64,000 nucleotides of DNA from Ilyomonas sp. (GTDB taxonomy: Bacteria; Bacteroidota; Bacteroidia; Chitinophagales; Chitinophagaceae): positions 316,992 to 380,991 of the forward strand of contig CBDATZ010000042.1 in assembly GCA_965199845.1 (NCBI GenBank). Reading direction: 5' to 3'. Both the position numbers and the translations under genes were made by a program. Below are positions 46,045-56,392 of the stretch, in pieces. Numbering within the stretch: position 1 is the first letter of the stretch; every line of letters starts with the position of its first letter. The notes under the pieces are model-generated. The model made no database searches, had not been told where the DNA came from, and was given only the letters and a program-made list of their open reading frames with translations.

Positions 46045-46983
46045 TTATATTTGAAGCAGCTCTTTAAAATCATTTAAGGTCATAATCTTATCCTGAAAGC
46101 CGCAGTTGTTGTATGCTTCATGTATGTTACCTTCTTCTGTCACTAATCTTCGATCAACGCTATTGGGGTTGAAGAGTGCTCCGAAAATTAGAGATATGTC
46201 TATAACAGTGTTCCAGCGTCCGTCAGCTACATCTTTAATTGCTTCAACACTATGTCCAACGTTTTCCAATAAACGTTCATTCATAACTAAAGCAGGGCAA
46301 AACTCTTGCATGAATTTGATGACGATACTATAGTACTCTTCGTCTTTAACTATAGGATGTCCTACGATGTTGTATGCTCTGTCAACAAAACTTTGTCCTA
46401 CCAAAAAAGATAGCCTTCCAATTTTAAGCCTTTCAAAATAATCTTTGCGAAGTCGCTTTTTGTCTTTAAAATATTCCCAATCCGCTTCTCCGTTATTTAT
46501 CGATTTCAAGTATTCTTCATAGTTATCTCTAATCTCCTGCTTTTCAAATTCAATTTGATTTTTTACAGTCTGCACATGACCATTCATAACTTCTTCAGGT
46601 TCTGGATCTACATTTCCAATTAGCATTTGAGCCAATGTTATCACATTTGAATAAATTTTCGCCTGAGTATTTTCTTGTCCATGAAAATAGCGTTCTAAGA
46701 TGGCGTTTAATGGTGGAACAAAATCAACATGGATATGTGTAGATGAATAGATTGTTGAAAGGTCGACAAGTAGTTCTAATCCGCTTCTACATTCTGTCCT
46801 TTCATGTTCATTATCGTCATTATAATGACTAATTAATTCCATTGCTGAATTAATCGGAAAGAATATTTTGATGTTCTGTTCTTTTGCTTTACTCTTTATT
46901 GTTTTCGACAACTGAAGGAATTGCTCATCGCTTTGGTTTCTCACAAGGTTTCTATAAATATTAGTGTCAACAACTAAGTCCAT
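46045..46983 (-). CDS. PIN-like domain protein (cassette)
   Basis: N-terminal LVVDTNIY; C-terminal NTVID...LVTEE. Confidence 0.6.
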   Translation of the reverse strand: MDLVVDTNIYRNLVRNQSDEQFLQLSKTIKSKAKEQNIKIFFPINSAMELISHYNDDNEHERTECRSGLELLVDLSTIYSSTHIHVDFVPPLNAILERYFHGQENTQAKIYSNVITLAQMLIGNVDPEPEEVMNGHVQTVKNQIEFEKQEIRDNYEEYLKSINNGEADWEYFKDKKRLRKDYFERLKIGRLSFLVGQSFVDRAYNIVGHPIVKDEEYYSIVIKFMQEFCPALVMNERLLENVGHSVEAIKDVADGRWNTVIDISLIFGALFNPNSVDRRLVTEEGNIHEAYNNCGFQDKIMTLNDFKELLQI

Positions 46984-47019
46984 GTTTTATTGTTAGAGTG
47001 GTGGAAAAATATTGCAGGC

Positions 47020-47209
47020 AACGGCTCCGGCTTTCTGCTGTGCCGGACTTTCTTGTTCGGTCAGCCCAGCACCGAAGCCGATAAATGATTTGAAAGATGA
47101 AGGTAAGATTTGCACGCCAATAGCAAAAAGTCAGTCGGAACAAAAGTTGACGGAAGAACTGATGTCGATGCTGAGCCGTGTCAACCGGCATAGCAGAAAA
47201 CCTTATGTT
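47020..47209 (-). repeat. attC-like site (long class)
   Basis: AAC..TTTCTGCTGTGCCGG...CCGGCATAGCAGAAA..GTT. Confidence 0.9.
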
Positions 47210-47219
47210 AATAGCCGTT

Positions 47220-47747
47220 TTATCTTGTCGGATAAGGTATGTCCAACTGTCTTGCTATAAGCTCGAAACCATCTTCGTTTTTGTACTGCACAAAGTCAAA
47301 ACCTTTTAGTCGAAACTTCTCCCAGCCTCCTTCGCTTTTATGATATTGCCTTACAATGTCTGCCGGTAAAGTATAAAAATCTGTTTCTCGTCTGCCAACA
47401 GTCGGTTCTTGTCCTTGCTTGAGCTTACCAAAAAAGTAACCGACGTTCAAAAATGCGGCTACTAAAAAATCAAAGCTGTCTATAGTCTTTTGTTTGACTG
47501 GAAAACCTAAAGAAGTGTCACTTTGGTAACGGCTTTTGACTTGTATGCGAACAGGTTCAGTCTTTCGTTTTGTGTCAGGATGAATACAAATCAAGTCATA
47601 ACCTTCGTTATTAGGTGGCGCTTTATAAGTCAGAATGTTGCGACGCATTAAGTGTCCCATAACAAGGTATTCTGCAGCTAAAGAAATTACAGGAAATCTT
47701 AAAAATACTTTCTTGTCGGTCAAGTCTAAGTCAGAAAGAGGCGTCAT
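47220..47747 (-). CDS. PD-(D/E)xK-like endonuclease (first cassette of array 1)
   Basis: AAEYLV...GYDL...IQVKSR. Confidence 0.7.
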   Translation of the reverse strand: MTPLSDLDLTDKKVFLRFPVISLAAEYLVMGHLMRRNILTYKAPPNNEGYDLICIHPDTKRKTEPVRIQVKSRYQSDTSLGFPVKQKTIDSFDFLVAAFLNVGYFFGKLKQGQEPTVGRRETDFYTLPADIVRQYHKSEGGWEKFRLKGFDFVQYKNEDGFELIARQLDIPYPTR

Positions 47748-48921
47748 AAAAAATGGCTACTAACACTAAAATAGGCGCTACTTATTAGAGTAGCAAATAA
47801 ATTTTAGCCATTGATTACGACGGGAATGGTGTTATACTTTTTGGATTGTTGTTGAGCAAATACAACTTATCATTCAAGTGTTCCTCCTTTCGCCAAATCA
47901 TTCAATGTGCTGATATGTTTACCAGCTTAATAATTGCTCATAATTGGCGGATAAGTTATGTTTGAAAGTCTTGTTATATTAAAAATTTACACCGTCTTTA
48001 TGAGGCTGTAATGATATGTTATGTTAGTCTTTAAGTAAAGGAAATAAAAGGTGAAAAATGGTTAAACATATTTGGAAAATAGCTGCATATTGACAACCCA
48101 GCTAATTATCATTTTATCTTTAATCAATTTCCTTATTTACAACAACCTCAGCTTTTCTTAGGCTGAATGTTATATTCATTGTAAGATAGAGTACTTGTTA
48201 TCTGAATAAAAACCGATATCTAAGTATCTGCTTGAGTTCGAAAACGTCTATTTGTATAAATCTATTTACAGTGCACTTTTCAAAAGTTCAAAGCGTTTTA
48301 GTTTGACGCATAACTGAAAATAAAAAGAATGTATTTAATAACGACTAACAATTAGTTAACTTCTTCTCAGTGTAAATTTGCATTGTATAAAGAATATTTT
48401 AATCCAATACTGATACGATAACCTAATTAATAGGATGAAAATCCGGATGACTTAGGAGGAAAACAACTTTTTATTTTTATTGTCGATTTAAAATTGTTAA
48501 AGATGTCCTGTTTAAGAACAATCAATTTAAATTAGTTATTTTCTTACTATTTATATTAGAATGTAAGTACTTTTTGTGCTAATAAAGCATAAAGATTTAA
48601 TCGCTCCGGTTCGCTCGTACCATCGAGTGTCCGATCATCTCCGAGGGCATAAAGTGTTATTAAGAGGTCAGAAGTCGGGTTGTAATCCGTAAATAACGGT
48701 AAGGTGTCCCCGATAGAGCAAAAAGATTCAGACAAACGAAGATTATAGTTTGAACACTGGGGAATAAGTCCAATGGTAAGTGTTCTGGGTATTTAGCTTT
48801 TAAGCTATCGCACTGGCTATGTATAAGTTGCTGAATAATATTTTTAGCTGAGAAGATTAGGGGAATCGCTATGCCCAGTTCTGAGGGGTATAAACTTATT
48901 CTTTCCACTTGTTTCAGATAA

Positions 48922-49604
48922 GGCGCTATAAGCGCCACGAATGAAACTAAATTAATTAAACTGAACTATAATTGTTTAAATTTCTCTTTGTAAATTTTAC
49001 ATAACTTGATTCTAAACTTAGCGCTTAATAAGCGCCAAAGACAGAATTCAATCTGATAATAATCTTAAAGAAATAATTGTGATAAATATCTGAATAAATA
49101 AATCTTGTATCAGTATATTTCACTTCTGACGATAGTGCCGAACCGGCACTTTAACGGAGAATTAAACGAATAAAAAAAAGACAAACATATTCCCTTTAAG
49201 CTCTCATAGAGAGCATATTTAGTAAAAACAGAATAATTAATAAGCTGAATAATTTAAGAAATACTTGAACTTTCAGAAATCATAAGTTTAGACAAAGGAT
49301 TCTACAAACGGTGCTTATAGCACGAGATTAGAATCCATGGCTTGTACAAAAATTTAATAGAAGATGAATATTTCAGTAATATTTAAGCCGGGTAAACCAT
49401 TCTTCCATTGGAACTTTATAAGTTCTTTGTTTAGAAATAATTGATAATCGAAACTTGAAAGAACGGGGTCTATTCGATTATGTCTTTCAGGTGTGGCACT
49501 TTAGAAGTGCCTATAATGAAAGCAATTTATAATTATTAGTCCTTTGTTTAAAGATTATAAACAAATTGTATTGAATTAGATTTGCCTTGGTGCTTTAAAA
49601 GCAC
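48922..49604. repeat. Cluster of seven short palindromes with 3-nt centres
   Basis: Starts at 48922, 49021, 49134, 49200, 49311, 49495, 49590. Confidence 0.7.
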
Positions 49605-49975
49605 TTTTATTAAAAACTTCGTTATTTACTTAACCAAATTATCAACATAATCAGCAATATAAAAATTACGTAACAATATAAAAAGCTAATCCCTAACTTT
49701 TATTTTAAATTTTTAAAAAAGATTGGGTTTGTTATGGGGTAGTTCTAATTGCGGATCATCATTTAATCGGAAGTATTTTTTCAAATATGAGATTGGATAT
49801 TGTATGTCGGTTAGTATAACTCATTTTATAAGAACTGTATTTTGCTTAATTAAACTATTGATTTCAGATCTAATTGACCAGCAAAACAATTGACTGTCAG
49901 TATATAAATTGATCTATACCCTGCGTAACGTATGATCAAAGATTCAGAAATCACTCACCTAATGCCAATGCCGTG

Positions 49976-51031
49976 TTAGTGGTAGTCATAATCTACGTTA
50001 AACGAAAGTTCATTGTTTTCGTTTATTGATTCTATTTCAAAGTCTTCAAAATAGTCCTCTTCGTCGAAAATCTTTGTTGACATTATAATAGAAGATTCAA
50101 ATTCCTTTTCAAATGTTTCGTAGTTAGCCTCCAAATAATGATAGCTCTTGTCATCGCTATCATAATACATGTATTCTTCGTCATCTGTCAAAATACTGAC
50201 CTTAACTGTTACTTTAGATTGGACTTCGATAGTTACCAAATCATCCACAATCTCAATAATGCTGTAATCCATATCACTAACAGTTATTGATTCTACTTTA
50301 ATGTCATAAACATCTTTATAGTTTATTGCAGAATAGTATAGAGATTCATCGTCCAGATTTGATTTATACCAATCAATTAATTGACTTTCAATTTTTATTT
50401 TATTGGATTCAAACAGCGATTGAGTTATCTGCTTCTTTATATTCTCAAGTTCAGTATATTTTTCTTCAAGGTATTTTTCGTAATCTTCCCTTATATCAAA
50501 AGCAGAGGTTTGAATTTGCAAAAAGTCATTATCTGTAGAAAATACAGTAGGTCTTTCATCTATAGTTTTACAAAAGGCTTCTATTAGTTCAATACTAAAA
50601 GCGTCAGGAAATTCAGATTTCTTATCTGCTTTGCCAAACGGTAATTCATTTTTAAAGTATTTGTCAAAAACAGTTTTAATATTCAAAGCCTTATAGGGAA
50701 TAATTTCTATTACTCCATCACTAATCAATTTGTCGAATGAGGTGTTGAAATCCGATATTATTTTTACAGGGTCAATTTTATTGAAAAAAGTATTTAGGGA
50801 CTTGTCATTTCTTAAAACCCAGTTTTCTTGCTCTTTCCTAAATTTATTATGATTCCCTACTGACTTCAAAACACTTTTCTCAAAGTTTGATTTACATTCA
50901 TTATATGTGATTTCAGTGATGTGAATTTTAATTTTACCTCTTTGACTTAAACTTATAAGTGAGTTTATTTTCTTTCCATGTAGAAAGTTTTCTTTGATAA
51001 AAATGTTTGTATCTAAAATAATATGGTCCAC
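49976..51031 (-). CDS. PIN-domain protein (DUF4935-like; cassette)
   Basis: IILDTNIF, PF...KKSEFPDAF, STDNDF; stop overlaps core GTT 49975. Confidence 0.75.
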   Translation of the reverse strand: MDHIILDTNIFIKENFLHGKKINSLISLSQRGKIKIHITEITYNECKSNFEKSVLKSVGNHNKFRKEQENWVLRNDKSLNTFFNKIDPVKIISDFNTSFDKLISDGVIEIIPYKALNIKTVFDKYFKNELPFGKADKKSEFPDAFSIELIEAFCKTIDERPTVFSTDNDFLQIQTSAFDIREDYEKYLEEKYTELENIKKQITQSLFESNKIKIESQLIDWYKSNLDDESLYYSAINYKDVYDIKVESITVSDMDYSIIEIVDDLVTIEVQSKVTVKVSILTDDEEYMYYDSDDKSYHYLEANYETFEKEFESSIIMSTKIFDEEDYFEDFEIESINENNELSFNVDYDYH

Positions 51032-51057
51032 TCGAAGGTTGTTAAAATATTACCGCT

Positions 51058-51239
51058 AACGTCCGACTGCTTGGCGAGGTAGAGGCATTTGTTTTGTTTG
51101 GCTCAAATTTACTCCAAAAGCTCAATAAAGTTGATTTGATGGCTTTTTGTTTCGTCAACCGAATATAGCACAAAAGCTAAATTAAAAAACTGTTGATGAG
51201 TTTTGTTCGTCGCCCCGCCATAACGCGAAACCGCATGTT
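51058..51239 (-). repeat. attC-like site (long class, poorly matched arms)
   Basis: AAC..TGCTTGGCGAGGTAGAGGC...GCCCCGCCATAACGCGAAACC..GTT. Confidence 0.75.
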
Positions 51240-51257
51240 GCCTGCTGTTTTATTTTG

Positions 51258-51890
51258 TCAACCCGCGAAAAGTCCTATTAGTTCTTCGTCGGTATAGTTG
51301 TCAACAATTCCTTTCTTAATTTTCAAATAATCAAAGATTGTCTTGTCGTCAAAGTCATGGGCTTCTTTTATTCCTTTGATTATTGTTCTTAGGTAATTGT
51401 GACTTGGTTTTGTAACCGCTTGTAAGTCATTTTTGTTCGTCAATGTGAAAATCGGATAATTGTTTTGCTTTCCCAAATACAACAAGTTGCCATACCAAGA
51501 ACGTTTTTTAAAAATAAATGAACCGCCACTGATAGCCTTGTCGAAGTCTAATGTAAGTTCTGTTTCTGTTTTTGTCTCTTGTCTTGCAATGTCAACAAGT
51601 TGTCCTTTGGTTATTAAATACATTCTTGCAAATGTTGATGCCTGCGGCTCAAAATGTGTCCGAATGAATGCAACACCACCATTGTCCCAATTACCTGAGT
51701 TCTGTGCAAAGTAGAGTTCAGAAGAGATATATAAGTTCTCACTTTCTGTTGGCATTTTCGTGTCATTACAACCTTGGTAGTTTGTTGTTGCACCTTGCGG
51801 CTGTCCACCTTTTATATAACAGGAAAAACGGTCTTCTAAAAGATTAGAACCGTAACACGCATACCAAAGTTTGTCTTGCGAATTTCTCAT
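51258..51890 (-). CDS. Gamma-glutamylcyclotransferase-like protein (cassette)
   Basis: WYACYGSNL, W..GGVAF, PS.NYL..I..G. Confidence 0.7.
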   Translation of the reverse strand: MRNSQDKLWYACYGSNLLEDRFSCYIKGGQPQGATTNYQGCNDTKMPTESENLYISSELYFAQNSGNWDNGGVAFIRTHFEPQASTFARMYLITKGQLVDIARQETKTETELTLDFDKAISGGSFIFKKRSWYGNLLYLGKQNNYPIFTLTNKNDLQAVTKPSHNYLRTIIKGIKEAHDFDDKTIFDYLKIKKGIVDNYTDEELIGLFAG

Positions 51891-51917
51891 AGGTGAAGTG
51901 TCACTTAAATAGCAGAC

Positions 51918-52039
51918 AACGACTCACTGCTTGCCGAAGCAGCGGCAATAGCATTCCTTCAGTTCAAATATAGTTATATCGTTCGATAGAAATTCTGTTG
52001 CTGGATGGCTTCCGTCAACCACTATTTTTTCCAAATATT
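51918..52039 (-). repeat. attC-like site (short class; degenerate, core GTT>ATT)
   Basis: AAC..TGCTTGCCGAAGCAGCGG...CCACTATTTTTTCCAAAT-ATT. Confidence 0.65.
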
Positions 52040-52054
52040 ACCAGCAGTATTTTA

Positions 52055-52570
52055 TTAGTCAGCGTGTTTCAACAAATAATGTATAGCGTAAATAGCATTC
52101 ATGCTATGGTCATTCCAATGATTGTCAAAACTCCACTTCAAATGCCACAGTGCATTCTGCTTTACATCGTCATCTGCGGCATCAAAACCAGTCAAAAAGG
52201 TTTTGATATCTTTATATATGTCGCCTAAGTCGTCAATTAAGTCACCGCAAACCGATGATGTGTCATTATGGTCCGTCGGGTCAAATAAAACCCAGTAAAA
52301 CGGATCACGTAATATGTCAGCAATAAAAGAAAGTAAGCTTTTGATGTCGTTGCCTGAAATGTCTATTTCTTCTATATTTCTGTCAGCAGGCAAATCAAAT
52401 TCCGGTAAGCTCTGTCCATACGTATAAAGCTCAATCAGTCGCTTTTGTATGTCTGATATAAATGCTTTGTAATTGTCACTTTGATGTGTCTCAAGAAAAG
52501 AGCAAAAACTTCTTGCCTTGCCTACAAACGTTATAAAGTCTTTTGTCTGAATAATTCTGTCAACTGACAT
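52055..52570 (-). CDS. DUF5063-like protein (cassette)
   Basis: YWVLFDP, DLIDDLGDIYKDIK, W.WSF..HW. Confidence 0.7.
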   Translation of the reverse strand: MSVDRIIQTKDFITFVGKARSFCSFLETHQSDNYKAFISDIQKRLIELYTYGQSLPEFDLPADRNIEEIDISGNDIKSLLSFIADILRDPFYWVLFDPTDHNDTSSVCGDLIDDLGDIYKDIKTFLTGFDAADDDVKQNALWHLKWSFDNHWNDHSMNAIYAIHYLLKHAD

Positions 52571-52604
52571 AAAGAGAAAGCTGTGTCACTGCAATATAGC
52601 TGGT

Positions 52605-52793
52605 AACGGCTACGGCTTGGCGATGTGGCGGTATTTGAAAATCGTCAACCCGTAACTACAGCTAAATTTATAACTAAAAGTTCATTGTTTATTCTATTGT
52701 TCGGCTTTATTCGTCGGCTGGAACTGAAGCCGAATAGCGAACAAAAAGTTGAGAATATATTCGTCGCCCCGCCATATTGCCAAACCGCCTGTT
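52605..52793 (-). repeat. attC-like site (long class)
   Basis: AAC..CGGCTTGGCGATGTGGCGG...CCGCCATATTGCCAAACCG..GTT. Confidence 0.9.
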
Positions 52794-52813
52794 GGCTGTA
52801 GTTGTTCTTCAAG

Positions 52814-53458
52814 TCAATAAACTTTTCCTTGTAAAGCATTTGGATAGAAGTTTATGATTTGCCCATTTATTGCGTTGACTTCTAATAGTTCTACTTCTTT
52901 TTGAATATTATCATAAGCGTCTTTCCATTCGTTTAAAATATTTATAACACTCCAGATATAAACATTTTTGTAGTGGTCGTATGTAAGAGAAGTTTCAATA
53001 GGCTTTATTGATTTCTTTACAAACTTGTCTTTGGCAATTTTCAAAATGTCTTCTTTAGTCAAAAAATCATTAGGTGTCCCACGAAAGATGAATTTAGGAA
53101 TAAATGAAGTGTCAACAGGTTTGTTTAGTTTAAGGTCTTTATCAAACACTAAGCCTGTCCACACAAATGGTTGCTCAAACTTTTTTATGTAGAAAGTGTA
53201 GCGAACATTTATAAGCTTAATTTCTCCTTTCGTTTTTTTGACTTTGGTAAGTGTTTTTATAAGTGCATTATTTGATGAAATCTTAGCCTCGAAATATGAA
53301 GCAGAGTCAAATTTGTAATGGTCATCGAATATTTTTTGTCCAACTGCTGCAACCAATATGCTATCAGCCTTTTTAATTATGTCCGCTGTATAATATTTCT
53401 GTCCAAACGAAGTAACTAAAATGAAATAAAATAGAATTATAAATGTGATTTTCTGCAT
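52814..53458 (-). CDS. Secreted hypothetical protein, PepSY-like C-terminus (cassette)
   Basis: Signal peptide MQKITFIILFYFILVTSFGQ; EVNAINGQII; start moved out of the attC-like site. Confidence 0.65.
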   Translation of the reverse strand: MQKITFIILFYFILVTSFGQKYYTADIIKKADSILVAAVGQKIFDDHYKFDSASYFEAKISSNNALIKTLTKVKKTKGEIKLINVRYTFYIKKFEQPFVWTGLVFDKDLKLNKPVDTSFIPKFIFRGTPNDFLTKEDILKIAKDKFVKKSIKPIETSLTYDHYKNVYIWSVINILNEWKDAYDNIQKEVELLEVNAINGQIINFYPNALQGKVY

Positions 53459-53521
53459 AAGGTATTTGTCAAGATGCAAGTCTGCCGAAATTTGCATAGA
53501 GTGTCTGTTACAATTACAGCC

Positions 53522-53710
53522 AACGTTGAAGCATTTGTGAAGGGATGGCAATAGAATCATGTCAGCTTGGTACAAATGCTTATTTGAAAAACTGATGTTG
53601 AAGATAATTACAAATGTTTAATAACGAAATGTCGGCTTGAACAATAGATGATAAGAATTACTGCTGTACAAGTGCGACTTGTCAGCCATGCTTTTACAAA
53701 TGCACATGTT
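53522..53710 (-). repeat. attC-like site (long class)
   Basis: AAC..GCATTTGTGAAGGGATGGC...GCCATGCTTTTACAAATGC..GTT. Confidence 0.9.
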
Positions 53711-53725
53711 GGCTGCATACCCTTG

Positions 53726-54230
53726 TCAAAATGAAGCTGCAACATTTAAGACTTCTATTTGAGATTTTCTTTTCATTAGAAGTGTCAAAGGTCTGCTGCC
53801 ATGACTTGTCGTAATTTCTACAATTCTCTCTTTTCTTAATTGCTCAAACTTCACTTTGTCAATATAGAAAGCAAGTTGAAAAATATGTGAGGCAGGCACG
53901 TCATTATATTTTGTGTCTGGGCAAGGTTCGTGCAAAATAAGTTTGTTGCCATCCGATAAGTCTATAACCAAACTGTCTATACTCTCAATGAAAATATGAG
54001 GTATGTACTTATTTGGTGTCAAGAAGAAAAGCTAAACGCCATATGTGCCCTTAAATTTTAGGAAGGTAATTTTTGTCTATGTCACTGGAGTTCTGGAAGA
54101 ATAGTTTAGTGATACAGTTTCTGATTTTGCAATAACAGTTGTGTCACCCAGTTGAGCATAAGATGTCACACTGATTAATAGCAATAAGGCGATAAAAATC
54201 TTTCTTTTTATTGGCAACTGTCAAACAATT
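53726..54230 (-). pseudogene. Degraded cassette gene (5' boundary approximate)
   Basis: Only the 3' 98 codons are open inside a ~560-bp cassette bounded by GTTGGCTGCA/TGCAGCCAAC. Confidence 0.45.
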
Positions 54231-54266
54231 TGCTTTGAAACTTTTACGATTAATCGGGTTGCAGCC

Positions 54267-54455
54267 AACGTTCCGGTATTGCAGCAGGCGGGATAATAAC
54301 ATTCCGTCACACTGAACCGAAGCTAAATTAATAAACAAATGCTGATGATAAAATCTAATGCTCACCGCCATCCGTCACGATGGAACTGAAGCTGAATACT
54401 GTTACAACTGCTGATGCTGCGCTGTATATGCCCCGCTTGCTGCAATACTTTTGTT
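54267..54455 (-). repeat. attC-like site (long class)
   Basis: AAC..GTATTGCAGCAGGCGGG...CCCGCTTGCTGCAATAC..GTT. Confidence 0.9.
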
Positions 54456-54478
54456 GGTGGCAATTATAGTCCATGGAA

Positions 54479-55567
54479 TTAAACTATGTTTTGTGGTTTG
54501 AAGCCTAATGGAAAAGCATTAAAGGCATTTTGTCCCATTGCTAAACGAAGTTCGTCTAATGTTTTATTTTGAAACTCTTGTCTTAAATTTTGTTTGAATG
54601 TCGCATCAACTTGTTTTGTTTTGTCAAAGTTTGCTGATGAATAATCATCAAAGTAATAAGGAGCAGGTTTATGTGGTTGATATACTCGCATCATAATCCT
54701 TTGGGATTTCACTAAGTTTCCAATGATTGGAGACCAATCGTTTAAATTTGAATTATTGTCAATTGCAAGCCAGCCAAATTCTCCAAAAAAGAATTCAAAA
54801 GCACTATCAGGTTCACTATTCCAGTATCCATCTTGTGCTGGGTCAACTCTCAACTCACCATTTGTGAACATTTCAAATGCTTGACCAAAAACATTTGCAT
54901 CAAGAGGGTCGCCAAAATGTTTTTTGTAAATCCCCATTTGCAAATCTGATATATAGTGTACATCATTTATGTCCTGTGAGTTTGGCAATTCTTGTTGAGG
55001 CGGAATTTGATTAGTCTTTCCATATACTCTTCTCTTATCAACTCTTGGTGCTAAAACGCCAACCGTTCTCATAATAATCGCCGTTCTTTTCTTTTTTTCT
55101 TGTGGTGTAATACTTGGGTTTTGCGCAACTAAAGGTGGGTTTGTATGATAATCCAAGTCGGCGTAAAAAGCATGATATTTCTTTTCAGTTGGATCGTGAA
55201 TATTTGCAATAAACTCCAGCCTTTTTAGATGTCTTTTTAATAAATTATTTTCTTCACCAAGATTTTTATTTATAGTCAACATCTCAAAAGAAGTATCTAT
55301 ATCGCTCCGTTCTTTCCAATGTAAAGCTTCTATCTGCAAAGGTTCACCTTCGTAATGGACAATGACAGCGATTTGTTCTTTATTGAGCACAAGCCTGTTT
55401 AAAAAATCAATTTGAGCCACATTTACTCCTAATAATTGAAATTTAGTTTTCAAATCCGATGGCGTAATTTGTATGTCTTGGATAACTGTCCTTGTTATTT
55501 TAAATTCAATCACTAACGATTTTGCGTTTATACCGCTGTCATTTGAAATTTTAAATTGTTGCGCCAT
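54479..55567 (-). CDS. Hypothetical cassette protein
   Basis: 362-aa ORF with no recognised motif. Confidence 0.8.
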   Translation of the reverse strand: MAQQFKISNDSGINAKSLVIEFKITRTVIQDIQITPSDLKTKFQLLGVNVAQIDFLNRLVLNKEQIAVIVHYEGEPLQIEALHWKERSDIDTSFEMLTINKNLGEENNLLKRHLKRLEFIANIHDPTEKKYHAFYADLDYHTNPPLVAQNPSITPQEKKKRTAIIMRTVGVLAPRVDKRRVYGKTNQIPPQQELPNSQDINDVHYISDLQMGIYKKHFGDPLDANVFGQAFEMFTNGELRVDPAQDGYWNSEPDSAFEFFFGEFGWLAIDNNSNLNDWSPIIGNLVKSQRIMMRVYQPHKPAPYYFDDYSSANFDKTKQVDATFKQNLRQEFQNKTLDELRLAMGQNAFNAFPLGFKPQNIV

Positions 55568-55609
55568 GATTATTAGTTTTGAAATGAGTGTTTTAAATTA
55601 ATTGACACC

Positions 55610-55801
55610 AACGGCTCCGGCTTTGCTGAAGGCGTGGTATTAGCACTTAGTCAGCCGGTAACTGAAGCCAAATTGAAATACAAAAGTTGAAGATAAAAAT
55701 AAATGCTTAATAGCGTTCGGTCACGCTGGATATGTTGCTGATTAGAATACAAAATGCTGATGTTGCGAAATGTCAGCCACGCTTTTAGCAATGCACTTGT
55801 T
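55610..55801 (-). repeat. attC-like site (long class)
   Basis: AAC..TTGCTGAAGGCGTGG...CCACGCTTTTAGCAA..GTT. Confidence 0.9.
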
Positions 55802-55816
55802 GGGCGAAGACTTGTA

Positions 55817-56392
55817 TTATTTGTCAGCGAAATATTCAATTAATGGTTTCAAGTCATACCCGAAGCCGGCAATGTTAGGTTGAAGCAAAAGACCATTAAC
55901 AAGCGCTTTACCAAAACCTCTTTTCATTTCTTTAGCTACTTTAAAGTCTGATAGCTCTTTCTTTTCTATAATGTCTCTAAAAATTCTGTCTATGTATTTA
56001 GCCACATCAGTAGTCGTCTTGCAATATTTTTTTAGAGGAAAAACAATTATTTTAAAATCTTTATTCTTTGAGTCAGCACTGTCATGTGGTCCATGGCTTT
56101 CTTTAAAGTCATGAGGATTTCTGTCTGTTATGAGAATTGCCGGTAATAGTTCTTCACCATCCTCACCATTGAGATTATGATACGAAAAAACATCATCATA
56201 AAAATGCACACCGTTGCCAGCGTTTTTAATAACTACAGCATCATTTTTTGATGCAAGTTCAGCCATTCTTTGAAAATTGTCAGCTAAAGCTTCACTTAAA
56301 GGTTCTTTCCAACCATAGTCTAAAAGATACACATAATAGCTTCTTTTTGCGTCGGCTGGAATTTCAAGTAAAGAGTGAACATGCAGACCCAT
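55817..56392 (-). CDS. Hypothetical protein (first cassette of array 2)
   Basis: 191 aa; YYVYLLDYGW, LPAILIT..NP, LLQPNIAGFG. Confidence 0.8.
   Translation of the reverse strand: MGLHVHSLLEIPADAKRSYYVYLLDYGWKEPLSEALADNFQRMAELASKNDAVVIKNAGNGVHFYDDVFSYHNLNGEDGEELLPAILITDRNPHDFKESHGPHDSADSKNKDFKIIVFPLKKYCKTTTDVAKYIDRIFRDIIEKKELSDFKVAKEMKRGFGKALVNGLLLQPNIAGFGYDLKPLIEYFADK

Noticed and set aside
48660-48938. 92-aa ORF in the inter-array spacer
   Set aside because: Non-ATG start inside a palindrome and no recognisable motif; cannot support it.
48922-49604. CRISPR or type III TA repeat array
   Set aside because: No conserved direct repeat beyond the short palindromes, uneven spacing, and no adjacent cas or toxin gene.
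40048-55801. attC-like sites as simple terminators, REPs or MITEs
   Set aside because: No U tracts or target duplications; cassette-specific outer complementarity is not explained by these.
40191-55839. Short ORFs spanning attC-like sites (40191, 42385, 43005, 46967, 47012, 51998, 52645, 54144, 55651, also 28407)
   Set aside because: They lie largely in the non-coding palindromic repeats or antisense to real genes; likely spurious.
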